Below are positions 1 to 21,750 of a DNA stretch of 64,000 nucleotides, in pieces (position 1 is the stretch's first letter; the number at the start of each line of letters is the position of its first letter). Under the pieces are notes generated by a model that had not been told where the DNA came from, searched no databases, and saw only the letters and a program-made list of their open reading frames with translations. Position numbers and translations under genes: made by a program. The stretch lies in assembly GCA_002269645.1 (NCBI GenBank), contig NIVC01000041.1, forward strand, positions 186,001 to 250,000. The letters are read 5' to 3'. This stretch comes from Macrostomum lignano (taxonomy: Eukaryota).

Positions 1-2
1 AA

Positions 3-14
3 CAACAACAACAG

Positions 15-55
<41 letters not shown>

Positions 56-485
56 GCAACAGCAACCGCAGCAGTACCATCATCACCATCATCACCTGGG
101 CAGCATGGATCCGACTGCGGCCTACCATCATCATCACCAGCAGCAGCAGCAGCAGGCAGCCTCCAACATGATGAACATGTCGCACTATGGCAGCTACCTG
201 CCGCACCTGCCAGCCGCCTACGCCGCCTACGCAGCTCCAGGCATGTCAGGAATGGTTGGCGGCCCCGGCTACATGACAGCTGCTGCCGCCGCGGCCTCCT
301 CCTACATGCTCAAACAGGAGACTGGCAGCGCCGGCAGTCCAGCAGGCAGCATCGGTGGCGGCGGCGGTGGCAGCCAGTCGCCGACGCCGCTGGTTCAGGC
401 AGGATTCGCCGAGCACCTGTGCATGCAGTACATGCAGAATGGTCAGAGCAGTCCCGACAACCTGCCCACCATGGGCAGCATATGA
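3..485 (+). CDS. 3' terminal coding exon (partial; 5' end outside window) of a polyQ/polyH/polyA low-complexity protein, possibly a transcription factor
   Basis: Frame open from base 3 (CAA/CAG run, Q..QPQQYHHHHHHLGSMDPTAAY...) to TGA at 483-485, with GC3-rich codons. No diagnostic domain lies inside the window, so the transcription-factor idea rests on composition only. Confidence 0.6.
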
Positions 486-2211
486 GCTGAGACCAGATGG
501 ATGGACGCAGACAAGACAAGCAGAGAGTGCACAGACCAATGAAGAGTTTGGATTTTGTTTGTTATAATTATTACTTGACTCGGCCCCAGTTCCCGCTGTG
601 TTTGCTTTCATCTCCCCGTCTCGTGCTCGTCAGATAACTGTGCATATTATTAACTAGTTATTATATTATTGCTGTCATTCGCTTATTGTTAATTGGTTCC
701 TGTTGCTTCTCTCGTCTTTTGCTGGCCAACTTTCAGGTTTTGAGCAGTTGTTGTCTCTGCGCACAGGATCCGCTTGGACCCCACATTCCCTCTCTTTTCA
801 AAAGCATCGTCTTTTTTCTGCTTTTGCGTTTCCGTCTTTAATCGGCCACTTTTTTTGATCTGTCAATCAGCGCATATTTATTCCAAAATCAGTTCTTTTA
901 TCAGCTGGTTACTAAGGGAAAATTCAAATTTTAAGCACCTGAGTGATGGCACCTGCATTTTGACTATCCTGTACCAGCAGCTCCATCAGAGTCCGTTCCA
1001 AGCTTAAAACCACTTTTTTTCTATTGTGGCTTCTGAAACAGTTTAATCCTTTCTGAAACAGAAAGGGTGAATCACTGATCTTGTCTGCGCTTTAACGACA
1101 AGATGTTCCTTCCCTTTGTTCGATTGCTTGCGCTTGCTTGTGAAAGAAGAGTTTTAACACACTGGCATAAAATATTTCTCTATGCATAAATACACACACA
1201 TATCCTACTATGCATACAACTTTATGAACTGAAATCTGTTGTGCATTGTGAAAATCCAAAACGACAATCCAGAATGATGCAACACTTGTTTTTGCCTTTT
1301 GGAAAATTTCAATTTCTTAGCATTTTTCATGCTCCACCTCTCCCTTCCACAGTTTCAATTTTTTTGCATTCTTCATCAGAATTGAAAGCAGCAAACAGAA
1401 GATTCGAATCTCTCATTGTGGATTCGCATTGGTCAGCCACATGCCAGATTTTGAGTCACGCAGATTTCCAAAATCTGCTTCTTTAGAATTCAATTGAGGA
1501 GACCTCGCGGTCTTTGTGCCAAAGATAATCAGCGGCGCAGTTTCGGGCGGGGCAGCTCCTTTTCTGCTTCTAAAAGAAGGAATAAAGAAAAATCTCAGCT
1601 CTGACTGGCACATTTTTTTTCTCAACCCCCCCCCCATCGTTTGGTAGGCCTCGGTCCCCAATCCCCCTGATTGAAATGGCGGATCGCCCGCAGCCATCAG
1701 GCTTTGTCACGGGCAATGAAAAAAGGCGGATCACTTGTTGCAGATTCTGCTTTTATCTTACTCAACAAAAGGAGGCCATGAGCAGCGCTGCACCACTGCT
1801 GCCTCATCTCGCTCACCCCCCCCCTCCCCCCCTGATTGCCAGCCAGTGTCTCCGGGGCTCCACTCAAGATTTCATTTAATTGAAATTAATTCTCCCTGTA
1901 TTGGCTGCAGAATCTCTGGCTGAATTTTTTTCAGCAGCTTGAAGCAGCGGATCCGGGATATTTGCCTAAATTTAAGCAGTAAATTTCCTGTGCACTGAGA
2001 CTCGGATTGTCAATCAATTGAAATATCATCTATACCAGAGCTCGGCTCTCGGTGTAAGGTCTAATACTCGTATAGCTAATTCTAATGATTGACAGACAAA
2101 ATCAAAATTTGACAATCTGTGAGAACATCTAACCTCTAAGAGAAGCTTATAGCAGTTCTCTTCTCCAAAATATCTTCTTGCAATTTCAAAATGAAGGAAT
2201 TCTATGCATCA

Positions 2212-2918
2212 GATTCTCATGGTTCTCATGATTCTCATGGTTCTCAGGATTCTCAGGATTTACAGGATTCTCATGATTCTCAGGATTCTCAGGATTCTCA
2301 GGATTCTCAGGATTCTCAGGATTCTCAGGATTCTCAGGATTCTCATGATTCTCAGGATTCTCAGGATTCTCAGGATTCTCAGGATTCTCATTATTCTCAT
2401 TATTCTCATGATTCTCATGATTCTCATGATTCTCAGGATTCTCAGGATTCTCAGGATTCTCAGGATTCTCAGGATTCTCAGGATTCTCAGGATTCTCAGG
2501 ATTCTCAGGATTCTCAGGATTCTCAGGATTCTCAGGATTCTCAGGATTCTCAGGATTCTCAGGATTCTCAGGATTCTCAGGATTCTCAGGATTCTCAGGA
2601 TTCTCAGGATTCTCAGGATTCTCAGGATTCTCAGGATTCTCATGATTCTCAGGATTCTCAGGATTCTCAGGATTCTCAGGATTCTCAGGATTCTCAGGAT
2701 TCTCAGGATTCTCAGGATTCTCAGGATTCTCAGGATTCTCAGGATTCTCAGGATTCTCAGGATTCTCAGGATTCTCAGGATTCTCAGGATTCTCAGGATT
2801 CTCAGGATTCTCAGGATTCTCAGGATTCTCAGGATTCTCATGATTCTCAGGATTCTCAGGATTCTCAGGATTCTCAGGATTCTCAGGATTCTCAGGATTC
2901 TCAGAATTCTCAGGATTC
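2212..2918. repeat. 9-bp minisatellite (GATTCTCAG)n with GATTCTCAT variants
   Basis: Directly visible tandem array. It generates the spurious ENP/DSQ/ILR ORFs. Confidence 0.97.
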
Positions 2919-3379
2919 AAGCAGTTTGGAGGCCTTAAACACGTGTTTCAGTGACATACGAGCTAAGCGTGCATTTCACAGCACGGAAATGGTAAGCATT
3001 CTTCCTACGGAATCCTTTTGGATAGAGAATGCACGAATAACCTTGCATATGCATATCGGATTGGAATAACCAGCTCATAGGTAGAGCGTGAATTCATATT
3101 CACATAAAAATACTAGCGTATATGTTAATATAAACCCATCTTCAGGTAGAGATTTTACCTGCTTAACCAGGCGCAGTCATTGCTGCAACAGTGTATGGAT
3201 CTGCAGTCTGTGCGGGGCTGTTCCCATTAGGGTGTGAAATTAATGCTGCGTCTGTCTACCCCAACAACATCGCAAGGATTTGGGTGCATCAGCCGCGTGC
3301 GAAGTGTCTTACCTGTCTATATAGATCTTATTCAGACGGACAGGTGCCAAAATAGGGTGTCAAAGTGCCGAAATACGTG

Positions 3380-4700
3380 ATTTAGCTTGATATATTTGGC
3401 GCTAAAATGAGTGAAGTATAATTTGATATATTTGGCGCTAAAATTAGTGCCTTATAATTTGATATGATTTATAATTTGATATATTTGGCGCTAAAATTAG
3501 TGCCTTATGATTTGATATATTTGGCGCTAAAATTAGTGCCTTATAATTTGATATGATTTATAATTTGATATGTTTGGCGCTAAAATTAGTGCCTTATGAT
3601 TTGATATATTTGGCGCTAAAATTAGTGACTTATAATTTGATATATTTGGCGCTAAAACTAGTGACTTATAGTTTGATATATTTGGCGCTAAAACTAGTGA
3701 TTTATAATTTGATATATTTGGCGCTAAAACTAGTGATTTATAATTTGATATATTTGGCGCTAAAACTAGTGATTTATAATTTGATATATTTGGCGCTAAA
3801 ACTAGTGACTTATAGTTTGATATATTTGGCGCTAAAACTAGTGATTTATAATTTGATATATTTGGCGCTAAAACTAGTGACTTATAGTTTGATATATTTG
3901 GCGCTAAAACTAGTGATTTATAATTTGATATATTTGGCGCTAAAACTAGTGACTTATAGTTTGATATATTTGGCGCTAAAACTAGTGATTTATAATTTGA
4001 TATATTTGGCGCTAAAACTAGTGATTTATAATTTGATATATTTGGCGCTAAAACTAGTGATTTATAATTTGATATATTTGGCGCTAAAACTAGTGATTTA
4101 TAATTTGATATATTTGGCGCTAAAACTAGTGATTTATAATTTGATATATTTGGCGCTAAAACTAGTGACTTATAGTTTGATATATTTGGCGCTAAAACTA
4201 GTGATTTATAATTTGATATATTTGGCGCTAAAACTAGTGATTTATAATTTGATATATTTGGCGCTAAAACTAGTGACTTATAATTTGATATATTTGGGGC
4301 TAAAACTAGTGATTTATAATTTGATATATTTGGCGCTAAAACTAGTGATTTATAATTTGATATATTTGGCGCTAAAACTAGTGATTTATAATTTGATATA
4401 TTTGGCGCTAAAACTAGTGATTTATAATTTGATACACTTGGCGCTAAAATTGGTGTCTTATAATTTGATATATTTGGCGCTAAAATTAGTGACTTATAAT
4501 TTGATATATTTGGCGCTAAAATTAGTGACTTATAATTTGATATATTTGGCGCTAAAACTAGTGACTTATAATTTGATAAATTTGGCGCTAAAATAGGTGT
4601 TGTAAACTATGAGTCTTATAATTTGATATATTTGCGTCAAAATTACTGAACTCTAATTTGATATATTTGGCGCTGAAATTAGTGAATTATCATTTGATAC
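3380..4700. repeat. 36-bp AT-rich minisatellite (TATAATTTGATATATTTGGCGCTAAAACTAGTGATT)n
   Basis: Tandem array with degenerate ends. The 12-aa periodicity of ORF 3553-4596 matches the unit. Confidence 0.96.
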
Positions 4701-5944
4701 ATTGCTCGCCAAGTTGTTTAACAGAATTAAAATCAATGAAATGACTTACTAGTTCAATTTATTGATAAAAAAAGAGTTAGCAAGTCAAACCAGTGGAGAA
4801 TCTGGAAGTTCTTTGTTGCTGGCGGGCCAGATCAGTCCGCGCAGTGACTGGAGCTACTAAGTGGGAACGGGGGAGCAGAGGGGTTGACAATGGAGCTGAG
4901 ACACAAGTTGCTCGCTCAAGTGTCTGAGCTTAGCTAAAATGGCACTTATTTTGCGAAGCTGAAAAGATGAAGCGTTAGATGGAGAGAGAGAGACAGAGAG
5001 TCAAAAAGGAGGATATGCGAGCTTAGAACAGGACTCGGGAGATCTCAGGGTCGGGTGGCACCTCTCAGTGTGAAGGGTTCTTGTCTGGCAAGGCGCTGTG
5101 TGAGGCATTGGGTAATCGCACTCAGTCACTTGAGGCTCGCGCCGTCCTTCACTCTGCATCCGTCTTTGAGCAGAACTCAGAAGGAGTTGGAACCCTCTGG
5201 AGGAGCCAACCTTAGAAGCCTTCAAATCGTCCTGGCGGATTTTGCATCCCATTGTTGTGACCCGAGTAAGCTGCGGTTGATGAAGTTTGAGGCCCAGGGT
5301 CTGGTCCCGGAAACTCCAGCTTGGAACGCTGGGAGGAAGCTAGGGGAGCGGGAGGCCAGCGGCGCTGCTAGGGTCGGCCGCGATTTCCCTCTCCTTCGCG
5401 GCCAGGGCCCATCAGTCATTCTCGCGGCGACCTCCTCTGCTTGAAGACGCTAAGCCGGGCCAAACCTGCGTTAGGCGGACAGGTGAGTATGAGAGGGGGG
5501 GAGAGGGCGCGCATACTGAAACAGACAGAAGCAGATAGCAGGGAGAAGAGGAAGAGTTCTTGAAACAAAAGAATTTGTTGCACCCCCCCCCCAACTCTCC
5601 TTCTTGATTCCCTCAGAGCGACGGCGCCAGCAACTAGGATGGAGAGTTAGGACGGAGATACATAGAAGAGAAGATGAGAAGGGAGCCTAGGGGCGAAGGA
5701 TGCGCTGTTGTTGTGTTGTAAGAATCCTGTTGCCTCTGCTTTTGGCAATTATGGATCAATGATCCCTGGCGCCACGATGTCGCTCAGTAGTGTGCGTGGC
5801 TGCAGCTGTCGTTTCCGACTGACCGCCCTGGCCTATGCTGTGCTTGGGGTGAACAAATTGCTGGACTAGTGCTGGCGCTTGGATGCTGCTGACTTGGGGA
5901 CTTAGGGAGAAATTGTAGACTTAGGGACTCATGTTTGTTCTATC

Positions 5945-8900
5945 AGCACTGAAGCTAAATCTACCGTAAAATACACTGAAGCGGAATCTACCATAGACAC
6001 TGAAGTGAAGTCTACCATAGACACTGAAGAGGAGTTTACCATAGACACTGAAGAGGAGTTTACCATAGACACTGAAGAGGAGTTTACCATAGACACTGAA
6101 GAGGAGTTTACCATAGACACTGAAGAGGAGTTTACCATAGACACTGAAGAGGAGTCTACCATAGACACTGAAGAGGAGTTTACCATAGACACTGAAGAGG
6201 AGTTTACCATAAACACTGAAGCGAAATCTACCATAGACACTGAAGCGGAATCTAACATAGACACTGAAGCGGAATCTAACATAGACACTGAAGCGAAATC
6301 TACCATAGACACTGAAGCGGAATCTAACATAGACACTGAAGCGGAATCTAACATAGACACTGAAGCGGAATCTAACATAGACACTGAAGCGGAATCTACC
6401 ATTGACACTGAAACGGAGTCCACCATAGACACTGAAACGGAGTCCACCATAGACACTGAAGCGGAGTCTACCATAGACACTGAAGCGGTGTCTACCATAG
6501 ACACTGAAGCGGAGTCTACCCCATCGACACTGAAGCGGAGTCTACCCCATCGACACTGAAGCGGAGTCTACCCCATAGACACTGAAGCGAAATCTACCAT
6601 AGACACTGAAGCGGAGTCTACCATAGACACTGAAGCGGAGTCTACCCCATCGACACTGAAACGGAGTCTACACCATAGACACTGAAGCGGAATCTACCAT
6701 AGACACTGAAGTGGAGTCTACCATAGACACTGAAGAGGAGTTTACCATAGACACTGAAGAGGAGTTTACCATAGACACTGAAGAGGAGTTTACCATAGAC
6801 ACTGAAGAGGAGTCTACCATAGACACTGAAGAGGAGTTTACCATAGACACTGAAGCGAAATCTACCATAGACACTGAAGCGGAATCTAACATAGACACTG
6901 AAGCGGAATCTAACATAGACACTGAAGCGAAATCTACCATAGACACTGAAGCGGAATCTAACATAGACACTGAAGCGGAATCTAACATAGACACTGAAGC
7001 GGAATCTAACATAGACACTGAAGCGGAATCTACCATTGACACTGAAACGGAGTCCACCATAGACACTGAAACGGAGTCCACCATAGACACTGAAGCGGAG
7101 TCTACCATAGACACTGAAGCGGTGTCTACCATAGACACTGAAGCGGAGTCTACCCCATCGACACTGAAGCGGAGTCTACCCCATCGACACTGAAGCGGAG
7201 TCTACCCATAGACACTGAAGCGAAATCTACCATAGACACTGAAGCGGAGTCTACCATAGACACTGAAGCGGAGTCTACCCCATCGACACTGAAACGGAGT
7301 CTACACCATAGACACTGAAGCGGAATCTACCATAGACACTGAAGTGGAGTCTACCATAGACACTGAAGAGGAGTTTACCATAAACACTGAAGAGGAGTTT
7401 ACCATAGACACTGAAGCGGAGTCTACCATAGACACTGAAGCGAAATCTACCATAGACACTGAAGCGGAATCTACCATAGACACTGAATCGGAGTCTACCC
7501 CATAGACACTGAAGCGAAATCTACCATAGACACTGAAGCGGAATCTAACATAGACACTGAAGCGGAATCTACCATTGACACTGAAACGGAGTCCACCCCA
7601 TCGACACTGAAACGGAGTCTACCCCATAGACACTGAAGCGAAATCTACCATAGACACTGAAGCGGAATCTAACATAGACACTGAAGCGAAATCTACCATA
7701 GACACTGAAGCGGAATCTAACATAGACACTGAAGCGGAATCTAACATAGACACTGAAGCGGAATCTAACATAGACACTGAAGCGGAATCTACCATTGACA
7801 CTGAAACGGAGTCCACCATAGACACTGAAACGGAGTCCACCATAGACACTGAAGCGGAGTCTACCATAGACACTGAAGCGGTGTCTACCATAGACACTGA
7901 AGCGGAGTCTACCCCATCGACACTGAAGCGGAGTCTACCCCATCGACACTGAAGCGGAGTCTACCCCATAGACACTGAAGCGAAATCTACCATAGACACT
8001 GAAGCGGAGTCTACCATAGACACTGAAGCGGAGTCTACCCCATCGACACTGAAACGGAGTCTACACCATAGACACTGAAGCGGAATCTACCATAGACACT
8101 GAAGTGGAGTCTACCATAGACACTGAAGAGGAGTTTACCATAGACACTGAAGAGGAGTTTACCATAGACACTGAAGAGGAGTTTACCATAGACACTGAAG
8201 AGGAGTCTACCATAGACACTGAAGAGGAGTTTACCATAGACACTGAAGCGAAATCTACCATAGACACTGAAGCGGAATCTAACATAGACACTGAAGCGGA
8301 ATCTAACATAGACACTGAAGCGAAATCTACCATAGACACTGAAGCGGAATCTAACATAGACACTGAAGCGGAATCTAACATAGACACTGAAGCGGAATCT
8401 AACATAGACACTGAAGCGGAATCTACCATTGACACTGAAACGGAGTCCACCATAGACACTGAAACGGAGTCCACCATAGACACTGAAGCGGAGTCTACCA
8501 TAGACACTGAAGCGGTGTCTACCATAGACACTGAAGCGGAGTCTACCCCATCGACACTGAAGCGGAGTCTACCCCATCGACACTGAAGCGGAGTCTACCC
8601 CATAGACACTGAAGCGAAATCTACCATAGACACTGAAGCGGAGTCTACCATAGACACTGAAGCGGAGTCTACCCCATCGACACTGAAACGGAGTCTACAC
8701 CATAGACACTGAAGCGGAATCTACCATAGACACTGAAGTGGAGTCTACCATAGACACTGAAGAGGAGTTTACCATAAACACTGAAGAGGAGTTTACCATA
8801 GACACTGAAGCGGAGTCTACCATAGACACTGAAGCGAAATCTACCATAGACACTGAAGCGGAATCTACCATAGACACTGAATCGGAGTCTACCCCATAGA

Positions 8901-9129
8901 CACTGAAGCGAAATCTACCATAGACACTGAAGCGGAATCTAACATAGACACTGAAGCGGAATCTACCATTGACACTGAAACGGAGTCCACCCCATCGACA
9001 CTGAAACGGAGTCTACCCCATAGACACTGAAGCGAAATCTACCATAGACACTGAAGCGGAATCTACCATAGACACTGAAGCGGAATCTACCATAGACACT
9101 GAAGCGGAGTCTACCCCTTGGACACTGAA
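5945..9129. repeat. 24-bp minisatellite (ACCATAGACACTGAAGCGGAGTCT)n with a ~1.39-kb higher-order duplication
   Basis: Tandem units with variant tails. The same variant series recurs at offsets of 1393-1394 bp (6661 vs 8054; 7294 vs 8688). Confidence 0.96.
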
Positions 9130-9919
9130 TAGACAGTCTCCGATAGAGATTCTCCGATTATATTTCACTCATAGATACAATCACAATACCATAGATTTTA
9201 GGATTAGTATATCGTGACCGCTGGTTTGTTAACATAAGACTGAATTTAAGTTGAATATGTATTATGTGTTTTGAAATTAATAGTATATTTTAGCAATATT
9301 TCAATAGGTTAAAAGACAAAAAGCTAAATTTAATAAACGGCATGCCTCATTTATATTAGCAGTTTAAATAAAATGGAAAATAATCGAGATGTAAATAAGG
9401 TGAACTAACAGAAATTGATATTGCTAGTCTCAGAATTAACAAAGCTTATCAAATGAAATCGAACAAAGTAGTTCATGTGTGAGAGAGATACTTTGAGGAA
9501 AATCTAGCAATTAATGATTTGTTATAAAGAACGGATTAACTGAGCGATAATCTAATGGATTAATGGAAGTTGGACTAATCTAAAATGGCATTTAAAGCAA
9601 ACGGAATCTCTAGAACAGAGAATGCTCAGGTGTATGACTAAAATACTTTCTAATATTATGCAAATTCTGGGGTGCAAAACGAGTCTATTGGCGATAGTGA
9701 AATTAGCTAAGTAGGTGACGGGTAAAGGTGAGAGACACTGATTTAAGGGCATGACAGTTTCACCTATGATGGAAACTAACATTATAATAAATAGTTTTCA
9801 TATAGCTGATTAAGATATGATTATGATTAAGTAGGATTGCGATCAAATATTATATTCGGGGATCGTTTGAGCTGGAATATCAACAGAATTTTCTAGCCAC
9901 TGGATCTGCGTCACAAAAA

Positions 9920-10652
9920 TGTGTCACTAAACTGTTGTGTCACAAGAAGTTTTGCGTCACTATAGAACTGTTGTGTCACTATAGAACTGTTGTCATTATA
10001 GAACTGTTGTGTCACTATAGAACCGTTGTGTCACTATAGAACTGTTGTGTCACTATAGAACTGTTGTGTCACTATAGAACCGTTGTGTCACTATAGAACT
10101 GTTGTGTCACTATAGAACCGTTGTGTCACTATAGAACTGTTGTGTCACTATAGAACCGTTGTGTCACTATAGAACTGTTGTGTCACTATAGAACCGTTGT
10201 GTCACTATAGAACTGTTGTGTCACTATAGAACTGTTGTGTCACTATAGAACTGTTGTCATTATAGAACTGTTGTGTCACTATAGAACTGTTGTGTCACTA
10301 TAGAACTGTTGTCATTATAGAACTGTTGTGTCACTATAGAACTGTTGTGTCACTATAGAACTGTTGTGTCACTATAGAACCGTTGTGTCACTATAGAACT
10401 GTTGTGTCACTATAGAACCGTTGTGTCACTATAGAACTGTTGTGTCACTATAGAACCGTTGTGTCACTATAGAACTGTTGTGTCACTATAGAACCGTTGT
10501 GTCACTATAGAACTGTTGTCATTATAGAACTGTTGTGTCACTATAGAGCTGTTGTGTCACTATAGAACTGTTGTGTCACTATAGAACTGTTGTGTCACTA
10601 TAGAGCTGTTGTGTCACTACAGAACTGTTGTGTCACTATAGAGCTGTTGTGT
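9920..10652. repeat. 19-bp minisatellite (TCACTATAGAACTGTTGTG)n
   Basis: Directly visible tandem array with occasional 17-bp variants. Confidence 0.96.
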
Positions 10653-11018
10653 TTGATCACAAAAACGAATTTCTATCATTGGAAAATAGACAAAACAAGA
10701 GCTGATCTGCTAACAAACATACGCTTGTAACAACGCAAAAAATTATTAGTGTAAAATATTTGCCAGTCAACTAGCGCAGTACATTTTTTCAGTTCAAAAA
10801 ATTGCATGCAGTCGAAAATATTCGATACTAAACTGGGATAAATCTACTTATCTGTTCGCTATCGATTCGAATAAAAGATAATTTCAGCGTCTATTTCAAC
10901 CCCAACCCAATTCATTGTTCGAGAGAAAAAAATACTTCACAAAATCCGTAGACATTGGGGCCAGTTTACTTTTTCCCGAAGTATTCATTTTCGACTCTAA
11001 GGATTCGTGAGTTTGAGT

Positions 11019-18578
<7,560 letters not shown>

Positions 18579-21500
18579 GTCTTTAACTCTTGAAGCGTTC
18601 CGGATGCTTTCGGTTGTGGTTGAAACTGCTGAATTAGCTGTCTGAATCGGAGGAGAAACTTTGCTGGGGTGGCAATTTACTGAGGGGAGAGGGCAAAGAG
18701 AAGAGAAGAGAGGCTGATGGGGAAGGGATGGAGAGAGCTGATCTGCGGCAGGTGAGCGGGCCCGGAGGGGTGGGTAGGGTGAGCCGGGCTGGGCTGGGTC
18801 AGAATATAAGAAGAAGCGTGCTCATAATCTCATCCTCCAGCATCTCCTCTCCTCCATCCTCTGCTCAGCAGAGCACTTTTTCAGGGAGGGCGAGAGAGGG
18901 GGTGCAGAAAAATCCCCGGGAGAGCTTGAACAGGCGGGAGTTGAGTTCAGACTCCCCCCCTCTCTCCATCATGGTCGATACGCGTTCCTTCCTTCCTCTC
19001 AGCGCACTTTTTCTTTCCTTTTCATTTCAGTCCCATCGGTGGAGGCCATCGCGCCTCAAATTTGGCTGCGTACATGTTGGCGCCTCTGTCGCTGAGCTGA
19101 GAGAGGGCCGAGACTTGGGCGAGAAGAGAGTGGACGCGGGCAAGTGGGGCATTTTTTCAAGGAAAGATTTCCCCTGCTTATCGTCTCAATCCTTTTTGGT
19201 CGGCTCTTTCGCCCTCTCTTCCCCGCTGCACTCTCCCCTCTTGAACCCCGGCAATGTCTTCCGTCTTCCGACCCTGCCGCCTCATCAAAGGCACTCGAAT
19301 TACCCAAAGTTTTTTGCTCGAAGTTCGACCTCACGCTTTACACATTAGTAATGTATGTAGTATTAATCACTACTACATTATGAACTATCAATCAATCAAT
19401 CGAGACACCAAATATAACAGTTTCCCTCTTTTGGGGGCCTTACACACAGACTTTCAATAGCTCGCATGCAATCTTGGACAGTGATGAAATGGAACGAAGT
19501 CAGTTTTAATTTTCACTTAACTCTAGTTAACATATTCTTTTGATAAAAAGCTGCTATTTCTAAGAAAGAGAAATATCCCATATATAACTATATCTTGCCG
19601 AGAGCGGACTAATCCTTCGAATTGCCTTTCTTCGCCACTCATGCATTAATAATTTCTTCGCCTAACGCAGAATACTTGTCCCCGATCCCCAAGCCACAGG
19701 CGCAAGTCCAGCTCGCCTCTTCATCTTCAGCTTCAGCATCCCCCGACTCGCTCAGTCTAGCAGCACTTTCTGCTTCTATTTCTGTATCGAACCATGTCTC
19801 CTCTCTGTGTCCAAGCTGTATATGTTCAGGGATAATTCATGAGATAATTGCACATGCATGGCTTAAGAGTAAGGTATAGAATCATGCATTACTGTATACT
19901 CTCCATCAAAGTCAAGGATTGATAATAATTAGAGACTCCATGCGACTAGCGCTATTCTTGGATCCAGCCAGATTTTATTGTGCTGGCATGCACGGGTACT
20001 TTGGCTAGGGCACTCCTTGCTGCAGCGCTAAATGTATTGATGGCATCTTTATTCGATATCCTATCTGCATGAATTGTCAACCTCAACAGCAAAGCAGGAC
20101 TAAATAATACGAGCTTATTTGTATGCGATACATTAAAAAGCGAGCATGGGACAAATTCAGTCCAGTTCATACAGTTGCAAACATTTATATAAGTTACATA
20201 CATATGTACATGTACATGTACGTATTTTCCTCAGAAGTTAAGCTGCACTAATTTACTGGGTATATGCAGCAAATCAGAAATAAAAAGGGATACAAGTATG
20301 TATATTCAGACCATGTTTATTTAGAGGTCTAAATTAAGCAGAAAAAATACAACCGTAAACTTTGTGATGAGTTTTGAATTCAGATCTGTTGATTAAAACC
20401 GAAACGATGGGTTTATTTGCAAACATATATACAAGCATTTTGTGCAGTACAGTGTATTGTACATGTACGTGTGCATGCAAATGATCACTATTTCAGATTT
20501 CGTTAGACTTCTTTAAAACTTAACTAAAAAGTAGAAACTAATTGTCAATTCACGGACGTTCATGTATCATGAACGTGAAAAGCCGTAGTAAGCTTTGATA
20601 AAGGAGTTAAAACAAAAAAATTAACTTTTTTTGTCAAAAACGCGTAATAAATAGTAACTATTGGCAAAAAGTTCTTAAAATATACAGATTATTGCAAAGT
20701 GTCAGCTTACTTATTATTTAAGACTTTACATCGGTTGATAAGTGCAACACTCTCATTTTGAACTTCGTTTGAATTGCTGAATTAATTATTTTGAAGTACA
20801 CAATTGTTATTCTACTTCTAGCTTTCTCTCAAAGAAACCAGAAGCGACACTAATTGTTATATGAATAGGAAATAAAATATTTGCCAGGCTAAGCCTAAAC
20901 GTTACTTACAATCTAGTTGTGCTCAATCCAATAAATTTTAGAGACCCTTAAATTAAATGCTAATTTGAGAGAGAGCTTGACACATCATAAGTTGTAGACT
21001 TGCAGTGATAGCGAAATGGTTACTTTACCTTTCACATTCAGATTAATTATTTTTGTGTAAGTTACGCGGAGAAACTTTATCGCACGAAACAGTGAGAACT
21101 AGACTCTTTTTGTTTAGTTTATTAATATGAACAGACACATTTATTTTGTAGCTGCATTAAGTTATTGAGGACAATTTACATTTAAAAAATCTTGAAAACA
21201 ATTCTGCGTATCTGCTCATTTAAAAATAGAAAATCCACTATAATTTTAAGCGAAAGTTTTCTTTCTTATCAATATTTCATGATTCTTAAATCATTATTCA
21301 TGAATTAACTGAACTGAATGCATTTTGACATTGAATACATGAATTTTCTATGAAAAAACGTTTTTAAGAAAAGATAAGATACTGTAGTTAATATCTGATA
21401 TCCTATATACTAAATCCATATACTAAAAATGTTTTGTCAGTAGGTATTTATACATCTATCTATGTGATCAGTTTCAGAAAAAAACGACTCAACTGATTTT

Positions 21501-21750
21501 CTTCGAAATAAAAAATAAGATACTGCGTTTAAATAGCTGAAAATCAAAATTCATTGTTTACTCTTCATGTTTGTATTATCATTTGGATCATTAATAAACC
21601 TTTTTTTCAGCAGCCCATGATCTTTTTTAAACTTTAAAATTGGTAATAAAATATTAAAAAGACAAAAAAATTATTTCACAAATATCCACTGCATGCAACC
21701 ACTTGGTGTGGCAATAGGAGCAACATTAACCTAGACGAAAATTAAGCAGC

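Noticed and set aside
2186-9129. Long ORFs such as (ENP)n, (DSQ)n, (ILR)n, (YNLIYLALKLVI)n and (STIDTEAE)n
   Set aside because: They are by-products of stop-free tandem units with lengths divisible by 3. They lack splice context, and frame is broken by non-triplet indels in the 24-bp array.
5945-9129. CRISPR-like appearance (constant AGACACTGAA plus variable tail)
   Set aside because: The variable parts are a few point variants of one 14-mer, not unique spacers. The context is eukaryotic and there are no cas genes.
9920-10652. Resemblance of GTGTCACTATAGAA to SP6/T7 phage promoter cores
   Set aside because: Only 9-13 nt match, the upstream promoter halves are missing and there is no vector context. 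Treated as chance.
19852-19866. 15-nt match (ACATGCATGGCTTAA) to the reverse complement of the 18S rRNA 5' region
   Set aside because: Similarity does not extend on either side.
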